DNA of 64,000 bases from Octopus sinensis. Lineage: Eukaryota. Positions within the stretch are counted from its first letter, which is position 1. Every line of letters starts with the position of its first letter. The DNA is taken from positions 22,320,001 to 22,384,000 of the forward strand of contig NC_043022.1 of assembly GCF_006345805.1 (NCBI RefSeq), given 5' to 3'. The translations under genes and the position numbers were made by a program. Shown in pieces: positions 39,228 to 52,421 of the stretch. The notes under the pieces were generated by a model that was not told the DNA's origin, did not search any database, and was given only the letters and a program-made list of their open reading frames with translations.

Positions 39228-39396
39228 CATAATGAGGTTCTGCAGCTTCATAGTTATCCGTATGAAAGTGTTGAGGGTTGTTATAGAAACCTTTTGAAAA
39301 TGATCGAGTGTGAGAAGGATTTGTGTAAGAGCTGGTGTAAATAGATTCATAGGGTTCGGCATGTCTGTGGTCATTATGGTGGCAATGGTGGTGGTC
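39228..39396 (-). CDS. Large gene exon (DHHHCHHNDHRHAEPYESIY...EAAEPHY)
   Basis: Polypyrimidine acceptor ending aaacag, donor ATG|GTATGG; phase 0 to 1. Confidence 0.75.
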
Positions 39397-39451
39397 CTGT
39401 TTGATGAAAGAGAAGGAAGTGTGAGACCTGGCAAGTATAGTTAAGCACACA

Positions 39452-39491
<40 letters not shown>

Positions 39492-40275
39492 TATGTATGT
39501 ATGTATAGGCGCAGGAGTGGCAGTGTGGTAAGTAGCTTGCTTACCAACCACATAGTTCTGGGTTCAGTCCCACAGAGTAGCACCTTGGGCAAGTGTCTTC
39601 CACTATAGCCTTGGGCCGACCAAAGCCTTGTGAGTGGAGTTTGTAGATGGAAATTGAAAGAAGCCCATCGTATATATGTATATATATATATATATGTATG
39701 TGTGTGTATATGTTTGTGAGTCTGTGTTTGTCCCCCCAACATCGCTTGACAACCGATGCTAGTCTGTTTACGTCCCCGTAACTTAGCGGTTCGGCAAAAG
39801 AAACCAATAGAATAAGTACTGAGGTTTCCAGCCTCCTCTGGCCCCTGTGCCGGTGGCATGTAAAAAGCACCCACAACACTCACGGAGTGGTTGGCGTTAG
39901 GAGGGGCATCCAGCTGTAGAAACATTGCCAGGTCAGACTGGAGCCTGGTGCAGCCTCCTGGCTTCCCAGACCCTGGTCGAACCGTCCAACCCATGCTAGT
40001 ATGGAAAATGGATGTTAAATGATGATGATGATGATGATATATATATACATATATATTCTTTTACTTGTTTCAGTCATTTGGTTGCAGCTATACTGGAGTA
40101 TCGCCTTTAGTCGAATAAATCGATTCTAGGACTTATTCTTTGTAAGCCTAGTACTTATTCTGTCAATCTCTTTTGCTAAACTGCTAAGTCACGGGGACGT
40201 AAACACACATCGGTTGTCAAGCGATGGAGTGGGGACAAATACAGATACAGACACACAAATATATACATGTATATA

Positions 40276-41048
40276 TGATTGAATAAGTTGGAGTCAACAA
40301 GAAGGAGTACTGTTGGACATTTATTTGCAATCACTACAATTGTTTCCATGCAACATAGTTCCCCAAGCTTGCAGGTATTTGGTTATGTAACTGTTTCCCT
40401 GCATTATGAGATCTAGTTGTGTTTCTTCAGGCCACGTATAAATATTGCCTCTGTAAACTCAAATTCTCACCTTCAAGTGCATCCTACCTGTCTGTTGTGG
40501 CCTACGAGTTAGTAGTAGCCACTGAATATGTATGTAAACGTATGGGTGTGTATAAATGTGGTTATATACAAAACGATATATGTGTACATGTAAACCAACC
40601 AACTGAATTCTTAAAGGTCAGCCAAGGACAATCACAAGTGTAGTCCACCACGAGGAATAAATCAACAGTACAAAGAAATCAAATGCCAATCTCTTTCAAA
40701 TGATAATCCCTTTAACAGTAGCAAAACCACCATCCCACTCCATCTATACATTCAAAGAGGTTTACCAACAGACTTTCAGCCATGACACATTTCTTGATAC
40801 ACTCAGTGGCTACTACTAACTTGCAGGCCACAACAGACAGATAGGATGCACCTGAGGCTGAGAATTTGAGCTTACAGAGACAATATTTATATATCGCCTG
40901 AGGAAACACTAGATTTCATAATGCAGGAAAATAGCTACATAACCAAATACCTGCAAGCCTGGAGACCTACATTGCATGGAAACAATTGTAGTGATGCAAA
41001 TAAATGTCCAATCATACTCCTTCTTGTTGACTCCAACTTATTCAATTA
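40276..41048. mobile_element. Fold-back element with about 250-bp inverted arms
   Basis: 40276-40530 versus 40796-41048 align as reverse complements. Confidence 0.75.
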
Positions 41049-41864
41049 TCTATTCATATACTACAGAAGCCCAAGCACAAATCTGGCAGTACATATAATA
41101 CTACTACTGGGTAAAATCTGAAGGTGGGCAGGCTTTATACTGTACTCTATTACAGGCACAAGCATGACTGTGTGGGAAAAAGCTTGCTTCCCAACCACAT
41201 GACTCAGGGTTCAGTCCCACTGCATGACATCTTGGGCAAGTGTCTTTCTACTATAATCTCAGGATGACCAAAACATTGTGAGTGGATTTGGTAAATGCAA
41301 ACCCCCTCGTATGTATGTATATATGCCAAAGTACCTCATTTTCATCTACCTATTACTTCACTCAACTTGAGTAATAAAGGTAGAATGAGGTATTTTTACC
41401 TCTTGGCTGAAACAGCTGTAAGTTATTTTCCAAATTTATATTCATGTTTGTTATTTTATAATAATTACTGGTTTCCTTATATATTACTATATTTTATATC
41501 TTATATGTAAAGCATAATATGTTATATGTATGCATATTATTGTAATTATCAGTTTAGTAAATAAATAAATAAGTTAACATAATATAATGTCTAAAAGTTG
41601 ATGAACCACCTATTGATATATATTTGTGTGTGTATTTGTGTCTATGTTTGTCTTCCTATCACTATTTGACAACAGGTGCTGGTGTGTTTATGTCCCCCTT
41701 AACTTAGTGGTTCAACAAAAGAAACCAATAGAAAAATAAGTATTGGTGTTGATACATTCAACTAAAAATACTTCAAGGTAGTACTCCAGTATAGCCATAG
41801 TCTAATGACTGAAACAAGTAAAAGATAAAAGATGTACACACACACATACACATAGGTATATATA

Positions 41865-42754
41865 TTGGGTCATCCCATAAATAATGCGGGGTTTTTTAAT
41901 ACTTTTTTTTATTTTTCAAAATTAAGGTAAACAAAGTGTTTTTTTAAATCTAAAATATACTCTCCCTCATTTTATACAATACTTTTCCATATGTCTGGTA
42001 GACTTGCAAGGTCCCTCTTCCAAAATTTACTTGTCCATAACAGAAAATACTCCTCCAGTACTGTTCTTGTATTTTTTCCATCCAAATGATTTTGAAGACT
42101 AAGAAACATATGATAATCAGATGGGGCAATGTCCGGCAAATATGGAGGTGGGGCATCATTTCCCATTCAAACTGCTCCAACCTTTGGACTGAGGCCAAGC
42201 ATTATTCTGATGGACGGACACCTTTCGTCTTGAAACCAAAGATGGCCGTTTTTCTTCTAGCACTGACTTGAATGACTGGTTGAATGACCAAATCCAAGTT
42301 TCTCTGCTAGTTCCTCAACGGTTACAATGGGATCTTGTTCCACCAGGGTTTGTTGGACTTCCTCATTGAGCTCTACAGGTCTTCCAGGATGAGGTTGTCT
42401 TCTAGGCTCTAGTTTCTGGCTCGAAATTTCTAGAACTACCGTTGACACTGGCTTACACTTGTCTGATCCCCATATACTGCATAAATATTCTTCACATTTT
42501 CCATTGTATTGTTGCCTTTATTGAACTAATAAAGTAAAATATGCCAAATATGCTCCTTTGTCACTTCCATTATAGCTTTGAAAAGACAACTGTTAAAATC
42601 GAACTGCACTCTTTAAAACTTGCACTAAGAATAAGTACAAGGTAAAATTATTACCTGCTTTTATAGCAAATTGATGCAGGTAGTTTATCCCATGCCCCTC
42701 TGACTATTTAGTTCATGCAACTGAAAAAACCAAATTATTTATGGGATGACCCAA
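41865..42754 (-). mobile_element. Degenerate mariner element
   Basis: TIR TTGGGTCATCCCATAAATAAT with TA flanks; transposase remnant PPYLPDIAPSDYHMFLSLQNHL (YSPDLAPSDY motif). Confidence 0.85.
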
Positions 42755-42767
42755 TATATAAATATGT

Positions 42768-42804
<37 letters not shown>

Positions 42805-44940
42805 AATATGTGTTTATATATATATATTATATATATATATATATAATATATATATATAATATATATATATACATATACATACATATACACACACATATAC
42901 ATACACACAAATATAAATATGCATACATACATATAAATGCATACAAAAAAAATGTTAGATACACAAAGTATTAAAATATTAACAAATTAAGATACAACCA
43001 ATTCTCACTTAAATTATGCTCATTACCTCTAAATAGCTAACACACATACTAATTAACCTGGCACTGATTAACCTTTATAAACTGTAAATCTACAATCTTA
43101 TCTCACAAACAACGTTATTATTACAAAGTGTGTCACACAAACAATTAACCTGGAAACTGTTAAACCAGATGTACCTATGAGTTGTCCTACAGATTTTTAG
43201 CCTGGAAATTCTTATCTTACAGTGTGGTAAATCAGCTCTTCCAAAAGTTTTTTTTTTTTAAATCTTTTACTACCACTATGACCCGGTGTTGCCAGGTCAT
43301 AGTGCTAGTGCATGCATATACAGCTGCGTGTGTGCGCACATACACAATCTAGTACTGTCCAAATCTCCGACCAATCACATACAGCTAGCTGGCATTCAAT
43401 TGGCGTATCAAGTTTCGGGCATTTTGATTGGGTTTTGGATAGAAAATTCACAAAAAAGTCACTTCTATTGATTTTTGAATGGCTTTGGGGGGGTTACTGG
43501 GGAAATGTAAAGATGTGCACGACCACCCTTGGACGGTTTTGAATGACCATAGAAAGTGTGAGCCCTCTAACTGAAAAATTGTGGATTGTATAAAGGACAC
43601 ACACAGAGACATTTTGCTGTTTATATATAGAGAGATTTGTTTCAGTCATTAGACCGTGGCTGTGCTGGGGCACTGCCTTGAAGGATTTTCAGACGAATGA
43701 ATTGACACCAGAACTTATTTTTTCAAGTCTGGTACTCACTCAATCTATTGGTTTCTTTTTGCTAAACCACTATGTTACAGGGATGTAAACACACCAATGT
43801 CAGTTGTCAAGTGGTGGAGGGAGACAAACACAAAGACACACATACATACACACATGCGAGCGTGCACACACACACACACACATGACAGGTTTCTTTCAGT
43901 TTCCATCTACCAAATCCACTCACAAGGATTTGGTTAGCCAAACCTATAGGAGACACTTAACCAAGGTGCCATGCAGTGGGACTGAACCTGGAATCATATG
44001 GTTCAGAAGTAAGCTTCTTACCACGCAGCTATGCTTGCACCTATATACATACACACACACACATGCACACAGAAGGCTTCTTTCAGTTTCTGTCTACCAA
44101 GTCTACTCACAATGCTTTGGTTGGCCCAATGCTTTGGTTGCCCAAGGTGCCACACAGTGTGACTGGACCTGGAACCATGTAGATGGGAAGCAAGCTTCTT
44201 ATCACACAACCACAACTGTGCCTAGTCATTGGCTCTCCCAACACAGACTATTACCTTACAAACTTTTATCCCACAAACTGCAATCTGATTAAGTGTTAGC
44301 CCATAAATTATTACTGAGTAAACTGCTATCAATATAACTGTTAATCCATAATTTGCTATTGTCCATAACTTACTTCTTTACTACCCACAAGGGGTTAAAC
44401 ACAGAGAGGACAAACAAGGACAGACAAATGGATTAAGTCGATTATATCGACCCCAGTGTGTAACTGGTACTAAATTTATCGACCCTGAAAGGATGAAAGG
44501 CAAAGTCGATCTCGGCGGAATTTGAACTCAGAACGTAATGGCAGACAAAATACCTATTTCTTTACTACCCACAAGGGGCTAAACACAGAGAGGACAAACA
44601 AGGACAGACAAATGGATTAAGTTGATTATATTGACCCCAATGCATAACTGGTACTTAATTTATCGACCCCGAAAGGATGAAAGGCAAAGTCGACCTCGGT
44701 GGAATTTGAACTCAGAATGTAACGGCTATTGTCCATAACTGCAAACCTACAAACTGCTAGCCTACAAATTGTGGACAAACTGCTCACACAGATTGTTATC
44801 CCCCTAATTCCTATTCAAAATACTAGCTCATAAACCGTTATCCCACAAACCACTATCAGATAAGTGATTAGCCCAAAAATTGTTGTTACCCAATAGTTTA
44901 TAAATTTTAGTAAAAACGGGCAAAGAATTCATACACTTAC

Positions 44941-44990
44941 CTTCTGATGCCTCGATGGAATTTTATCATACATGTCATCAATCATATAAA
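44941..44990 (-). CDS. Large gene, 50-nt exon (VYMIDDMYDKIPSRHQK)
   Basis: Acceptor tttctctgttgttacag, donor AAG|GTAAGT; phase 1 to 0. Confidence 0.8.
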
Positions 44991-47249
44991 CTGTAACAAC
45001 AGAGAAACAGTCACTTATATTCATTAGTGTGACTAATTAGTAATTGGAGAATTCTTTTATCTATATAGGGAAGATAAAGTAGCTAGGTAAATAGGGTATA
45101 TGAGGTTACATGCTAACAGTTAGCTAATGATCCTTAAATGTAAAGTATAGCTGTCTAGATGTAAGATTTTCTGTTTTACCATACCATCTATATCTAGAGC
45201 TGAAATAATTTTCTGGCCTTAAATACTGATTTCAATTCAGGTCTTCATATTTGATTCCATATTTACTATTTATACTTATAGGTAATGGAGGCTAATACAA
45301 ATCGGTCCTTTGCTTTCTGAGACTAAATGTATAGTAGGACTGAACTCAGAACCATGTGGTTGGGAAACAAACTACTTACCACATTGCTACTCTTGTGCCT
45401 AGAGAAAATTCAAAGGGCTATTACCTCTGTTGGCAACAAAAGATCTCTCTCATAGTGAATAGCAGATTGTATGAACAGTATGAACTCGAAAGAGTCCAGA
45501 AGCTGGCTACCCGCATGGTTCTTGGTCTCAAGCATTTGTCTTATGAAGAAAGGCTGAAGACGCTTGACCTTTATTCTCTAGAAAAATGATGACGCCGTAG
45601 TGATCTCATTCTCGCCCACAACATCATAAGCGGAAAGTGTAACCTCTTGAAAGAGCTGTTCTTCACTCCTGCTCCAGAGCGTCGGCTGCGGGGACACTCC
45701 GAAAAGCTCTATCTGCGACGATTTCATCTCAATCGAAAGAGAGGGGCTTTCTCCGTCCGGGTTGCGGATCCGTGGAGTAAGCTGCCGGACGAGATAGTGA
45801 AGATGCCGATGACCGCTCGGTTCAAAGACTCTCTTGACCAGAAATGGCCAGAACTCTTTACATGAACATCCTCCCTGTACATAACTTCATGTCCCCCTAC
45901 ATGGCCTTGCTTTTTGCTTTTTGAGCCAAAAAATTAACTTAACTTAAGTAATATTACATGGTAGTGAGATGTGGGCTCTGAATGTAGAGCACATACAAAG
46001 ATTCTTATGCTCTGAAAGATGTACAATGTCAGTGTGCATGGACAAAGTGCAAATATGTTGACAGAAAAATTAAGCATAAGAGGAATCTAATGAAGCATGA
46101 AAGAGAGAAGACTGCGTTGATTTGGTTGTGATGACAAAGGACTGAGATGGTTGGCAACTTGCTGTGCACACTTGCTTATGCTTGTATGTGTTGAGCCCTA
46201 CACCCAATTTACCCATGTCAAGCATTCCTCCATCATGGAGGAATGTGTGGACAAGGCACTTCATATTTTTTCTCAGTCAAGTTATTGTATAGGTGCTCAT
46301 TCTCCAGGAGACACCAGCACAACTTATCTCATTCGCCAGTTATCTCCATAGTCCTATACACTATACTCTCCACTCTGTGATAGTTTTTAACTGTTATCCT
46401 TTCATCATCATCATCATCATTGTTTAACGTCCGTTTTCCATCCTAGCATGGGTTGGATGGTTTGACCGGGATCTGGGAAGCCAGAAGGCTGCACCAGGCC
46501 CAGTCTGATCTGGCAGTGTTTCTACAGCTGGATGCTCTTCCTAACGCCAACCATTCCATGAGTGTAGTGGGTGCTTTTTATGTGCCAGGCGAGGCTGGTA
46601 ACAGCCACGATCGGATTGGTGCTTTTTACATGCCACCGGCATGGAAGCCAGTCAAAGCGGTGCTGGCATCGGCCACGTTCAGATGGTGCTTTGTACGTGC
46701 CACAGGCACAGAAGCCATTCAAGGCGGCACTGGCATTGGCCACATTCGGATGGTGCTTTTTACGTGCCACCAGCACAGGGATCACAACTACAATTTCCAT
46801 TGATTTTTGATGTTGATGTTTACACAGAGTATTACCATAATCACATCCAACCCCTTGGTGTCATGTCCTATGGGGTGTAGCAGTATCAGAGTGCAAATCA
46901 CAACAAAGCTGACACAGACACACATACAAACACACATCTCTTCTATGCTTTTACTTCTTTCAGTCCTTGCACTGAGTTGTAATTAAAACCTGAAGGCTTT
47001 TTAGTCAATCGTATTAACCTGAGTATTTAGTTTTTTTTTAAAGTAAGTAAAGTCTTGTATTTATTCTATTAGTCTCCTATTGCTGAACTGCTAAGTTATA
47101 GACACAAATGGAAGATCCTTCATCAAGTGTTTTATCATCACCACCACCACGACTATAATCATCACACCACCATCAACATCATTGCAACCAACACCACCAC
47201 CATTTATGTGTTGTTGTAGCTAAAGGTGGGTTAATCAAATCAGATTTAC

Positions 47250-47366
47250 CTGTGTCATTGAAATGTACTCCTCGTGATTTGTTCTTCGGCGTATGTCTTG
47301 TCAGGGACAAAGTTCTTCGCCTGTCTTTCTCATTTAACCAGTCTGTCTCTTGGTATTCATCAGAGT
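47250..47366 (-). CDS. Large gene exon (YSDEYQETDWLNEK...KSRGVHFNDT)
   Basis: Acceptor gtgttttcag, donor CAG|GTAAAT; phase 1 to 1. A second acceptor 10 nt upstream would give phase-0 entry. Confidence 0.75.
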
Positions 47367-47479
47367 CTGAAAACACCTGAAAAACAACAGGGGAGTGCAG
47401 AATCACATTTCTGATTTATACAGATCAATTTTTGCAAACATACATACATAAATACATACTGTTGTAGGGAATTAGTAAT

Positions 47480-48700
47480 AATGGTACAACCCTCCCACAT
47501 TCATGCTGACACCCCTGCTTTATCAAAAGTGTAAAAATGGGATTTCGAAGGGGAAGGGAGAGTCTTGAAGATGACCCAAGATTTGGACATCCTGAAACTG
47601 CCATCACTGAGGAAAACATTTTATGCTGATGGATGACAAGTGATTAACTAGCTCTATCTGCGATGATTTCATCTCAATCAAAGGAGAGGGGCTTTCTCCG
47701 TCCGGGTTGCGGATCCGTGGAATAAGCTGCCAGACGAGATAGTGAAGATGCCGAAGACCGCTCAGTTCAAAGTCTCTCTTGACCAGAAATGGCCTGAACT
47801 CTTTGCATGAACACCCTCCCTGTACATAACTCCATGTCCCCCTACATGGCCTTGCTTTTTGCTTTTTGAGCCAAAAAAATTAACTTAACTTAACTTAACT
47901 ATAAATCAAATAGTCAATGCTATTAGCATATTCTGTGAGAGAGTTGAGAATATTCTGCACAATGTATTTGGCATGGCAAAGGCTTCTGCTTGGTGGGTGC
48001 CACGTTTTCTAACACCTGATCAAAAGTGCACCAGGCTGATCACATTATGGGAAAATCTGACATTGTTTGAGGTATATCCAGCTGGTTTCCTTGAACATTT
48101 CCTAACCCAGGATAGTGTTGGCTTGATCACTTAGAGCCAGAGACAGAGACAATCCATGCAGTGAAAACACCCCGCAAGCCAAGGTTGTTTCATCCCCTGG
48201 GAAGGCAATGGTCTCAGTTTTCTGGATGCAAAAAGCATTGTGGTTGTACAAAGTCAACATAATGTGACAGTCCCGTAGAGGGAATTACACCACCGCTATA
48301 TAGCCCTAGGAAGCATTGACACTTCCTGTCGGCTTTGACACATTTCCTGTGTCCTTATATTTGCTGGTGGGGGTGCTTGCCTCCCCTTTGCAAATATAAG
48401 GACACAGGAATGTGTCAAAGCCGACAGGAAGTGTCAATGCTTCCTAGGGCTATATAGCGGTGGTGTAATTCCCTCTACGGGACTTTCACGTTATGTTGAC
48501 AGTATACAACCACTCTATCGCTCCACCACTGCTCATGTCTCTTTGAGACATTTAGAAATTCAATATTTCTAAAAAGCATTGTGTTTATTGACTATCTTTA
48601 TACCATCAATGGAAAGTACAGTGCCAACTTGCTGATGCAATTATGAAATTATGAAAGACTATTATGCAATTATGAAAGACTATCAAGACCAAACACCTAG
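47480..48700 (+). mobile_element. Fragmented mariner transposase relic with nested CR1 tail (about 47650-47900) and fold-back insert (48243-48570)
   Basis: Remnants GRESLEDDPR, WVPRFLTPDQK and KAMVSVFW...IVFIDYL across frameshifts. Confidence 0.75.
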
Positions 48701-48746
48701 GCAAACTGTTTCAGTGTACTAATAATTCTACCAACTTGCCGATTTT

Positions 48747-48783
<37 letters not shown>

Positions 48784-50094
48784 TAATAATAATAATAATA
48801 ATTATAATTATAATAATAATAATAAAAATAATAGTGATACCTGACTGTTCAAAGTATGACCACCTTTCATCAACATCCCTGGAAATTGACCTAAAGGTAG
48901 AATATAAAGCATTCACAGTTGATGGAAAACAACTACAATAACAACAGCAACAACAATAATAATCCTTTCTATTAAAGGCACAAAGCTTGAAATTTGCAGG
49001 GAGGGGATTAGTCAATTGCATTGACCCCAGTGTTTGACTGGTACTTAATTCATCAATCCCAAAACGATGAAAGGCAAAGTCGATCTCGGCTGAATTTGGA
49101 GTCAGAACGTGGCAACAATAATAATAATCAGATTTATTTTGTAAGTTAATGACATCAACATTTAATGTTTATTCAATGCGACCAAAACATCAATGCTGCT
49201 ATTTATTTTCTGATTTTGAAGCAAGAAATAATAATAATAATAACTAACTGGACCCATAAAAACTTCACAGAAAATATAGAAAAATGTAAGCGTCTGTAAA
49301 TTGTGTGCTGGTGCCATGAGAAATGTTTCTGTATCGTGACACTTACAGAATATAGAAAGAAGCGTGAAACTAATAACTAAATAATCCAACCAAAATATTT
49401 CATTTACCCAAAGTCTACAGAATTACTATTTAGCCTTAAAATACATTGTACATATTAAAATAACCTTCTTGGTTTAGTAGTACAGAATGTTCTTCTGGTA
49501 TTCTTTTATTTGTTTCAGTCATTTGATGGTGGCCATGCTAGAGCACCACGCTTTAGTCGAAGAAATCAACCCCTGGACTTATTCCCTGTAAGCCTGGTGC
49601 TTATTCTACCAGTCTCTTTTGCCAAACAGCTAAGTTAAGGGAATGAAATCACACCAACATCGGTTATCAAGCAATGGTGGTGGGGGACAAACACAGTCAC
49701 AAACACACACATAAATATATACACATACATACATATATATATATACGTATATATATACATATATATAAATATTTATATTATATTAAATTAGAGATAAAAC
49801 CACTATTAGGCAAATCAAACAGTGGAAATCATAAACCAATACATAGAAATAAAATTAATTAAAAAATATATAAAAAATATAAATTTTATATTTTTTATAT
49901 ATTTTTTATATATTTTTAAATTAATTTTATTTCTATGTATTGGCTTATGATTTCACTGTTTGATTTGCCTAATAGTGGTTTTATCTCTAATTTAATATAA
50001 TATATATCTATACTATAAAATTAGATTTAATCCTAAATCTAATTTTTCCCTGTAAGTTTGGATTTACTCCCTAATATTATTATTATTATATTAT

Positions 50095-50154
<60 letters not shown>

Positions 50155-51272
50155 TATATATATTTATATATGACGGGCTACTTTCAGTTTCCATCTACAA
50201 AATTCACTAAAGAGGCTTTGGCTGACCCGAGGCTTTAGTAGAAGACACTCTTTAAAGTATAGAGTTGAATCTCATGTAGCCACCTGTTGGCAACTTTTCT
50301 CCCCTACCCATTTAGTAGGGGGCATTACCCATTTTTCTGAGCTCTTTTCACAACTATACCCCGTTCAAAATTTGCTTTAGTTTTTGTATGAAAGAAAAAA
50401 ATTAAAGGAGTTGTGGGGCTTGTAGTTTGTAGAGAAGATGTTGCTCCTATAACAGGGAGAACAGAAGAGAGAGTGGGCGATGTTTCTGGACAAGAGACGA
50501 GGGGAGGTAAGTAAGGTAAGAGTAACAGATTTATAGCCATGAAGTGTGGGAGTGGAGAATATTATTGTAATCATCATGAGTTACAGCTGGAACATCTCAG
50601 CTCATAGATTTACTGAATCAGGACCGACTTGGGACTAAACAAGGAAGAATATATTAGATAATGTAGTCCAACATATACTAAGTCCAAGTAAAAGGTAAGA
50701 GGGTTATTATATATCTGTTGGATCAGGGCTGAGCTAGGTGTAAACAAGATCCACATAAAATAATGTAGTCCAAGATACACTTGTCTGAATAAAAAATGGA
50801 ATGTCATACATTTGCTGAATCAGGATTGATACGGGGCTAAACGAAAAGGACACATAAGATACACTATGCCAGAATAAAAGACAGGATGGTCAGCACTGGA
50901 ACATCCCTGATCATACATCTGCTGGATTAGAACTAACATGGGTTTAATCATCAACAAGAAGGAAGGACATATTAGGTAATGTAGTCCCAGACACACTAAG
51001 TCTGAATAAAAGGACTGACATGGGTCTAAATAACAAGCTTTTTCAGACTCTCTTTTCTCTTTACTCTTTTACTTGTTTCAGTCATTTGACTGTGGCCATG
51101 CTGGAGCACCGCCTTTAGTGAAATCATATCAACCCCAGGACTTATTCTTTGTAAACCTAGTACTTATTCTATCGGTCTCTTTTGCCGAACCGCTAAGTTA
51201 CCGGGACGTAAACACACCAGCATCGCTTGTCAAGCGATGTTGAGGGGGCGGGCAAACACAGACATACAAATT

Positions 51273-51306
<34 letters not shown>

Positions 51307-51505
51307 CATATATATGACGGGCTTCTTTCAGTTTCCGTCTACCAAATCCACTCACAAGGCTTTGGTTGGCCTGAGGCTATAGTAGAAAACACTTGCCCAA
51401 GGTGCCATGCAGTGGGACTGAACCCGGAACCATGTGGTTGGTAAGCAAGCAACTTACCACACAGCCACTCCTACTATAACAGGTAATGGTACAAAATACA
51501 CTTAC

Positions 51506-52421
51506 AATTGTTGCTGCCGTCATATATTTTAGAGATGTCGTTAGTGCTTCGGCTCTTTATGTGTCGTCTCAGGTTCATCTCACTGTTCTGTTTGCGTACT
51601 TCATTGCTGCCACCTCTTACGAAAATCTTCTCCTTGTTTCTTTCCTTACCATGTGAGAGACGTTTGTTGACAAAAGAGTTTGGAGAGTAAACATTGTTAT
51701 ACAACTGGTCTCTTTTCCTAAACAGAATCTCTTCGTCAGGGTCGTCTGAATATCCCCAATCTACAGGCAAAGTGTCGTCATGGCTCTGGAAACTGAAGGT
51801 ATTAAATATTTGATCGGTTGCGTCCATGTCCGAACTGTTATGCTGCCATACTGTATTAGGGTACACATCATTCTGCTGGCTTTTCTTTCTGGCATCACCT
51901 TGCAGCTTCCCACCCCCCAAAATATTAAGTTGCTCTCTTTTGATGGCTCTCTGCTGCTGCCTGCTGCTGCTCCTAAACACATCCTGTTCACTGCCCTTCT
52001 CTGATACATCTTTTTTCCGCTTCTTCTTACCATACGCATCATACGGCTTCTCACTTGGCCACAACAACCCCGGCTGTCTTTGGACAGTCCAACCACACGG
52101 CTTCATTGCACTTTCCTTTCCGTTCTGCTTCGACATATACCAAGAGGCATGCGGGCCTCTTCTCGCTCTAGCAGTACCCTGCTCTAAATATTGTTCCTCT
52201 ACTTCTTCCACATCTCCCTCCTCATCTCCTTCCTCCTCCTCCTCTTCATCCTCCTCCTCCTCCTCATCATCTTCTTCCTTATTTCCACTCACAAATAAGC
52301 GACTCTTTTTTCTGCTAGCATTCTGTTGTCTCTTTGTTCCATCAATAATCTTTTTTGCTCTTCTTTGTCCAGCATCCCGTTGTCTGGCATTTACACGTTC
52401 TTTTACATTCTCATCAGTTTC
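51506..52421 (-). CDS. Large gene, 916-nt exon with an acidic E/D tract and basic clusters
   Basis: 305 open codons (extends ORF 51474..52292 upstream); acceptor cattgtag, donor T|GTAAGT; phase 0 to 1. Confidence 0.85.

Noticed and set aside
50340-50510. Possible exon on either strand
   Set aside because: On minus, joining to the upstream exon creates an immediate TGA. On plus it has no partner exons.
51506-52421. Neuropeptide precursor (many KR/RR/KK sites)
   Set aside because: No signal peptide in the reconstructed N-terminus, no repeated peptide or amidation pattern, and it is an internal exon of a larger protein.
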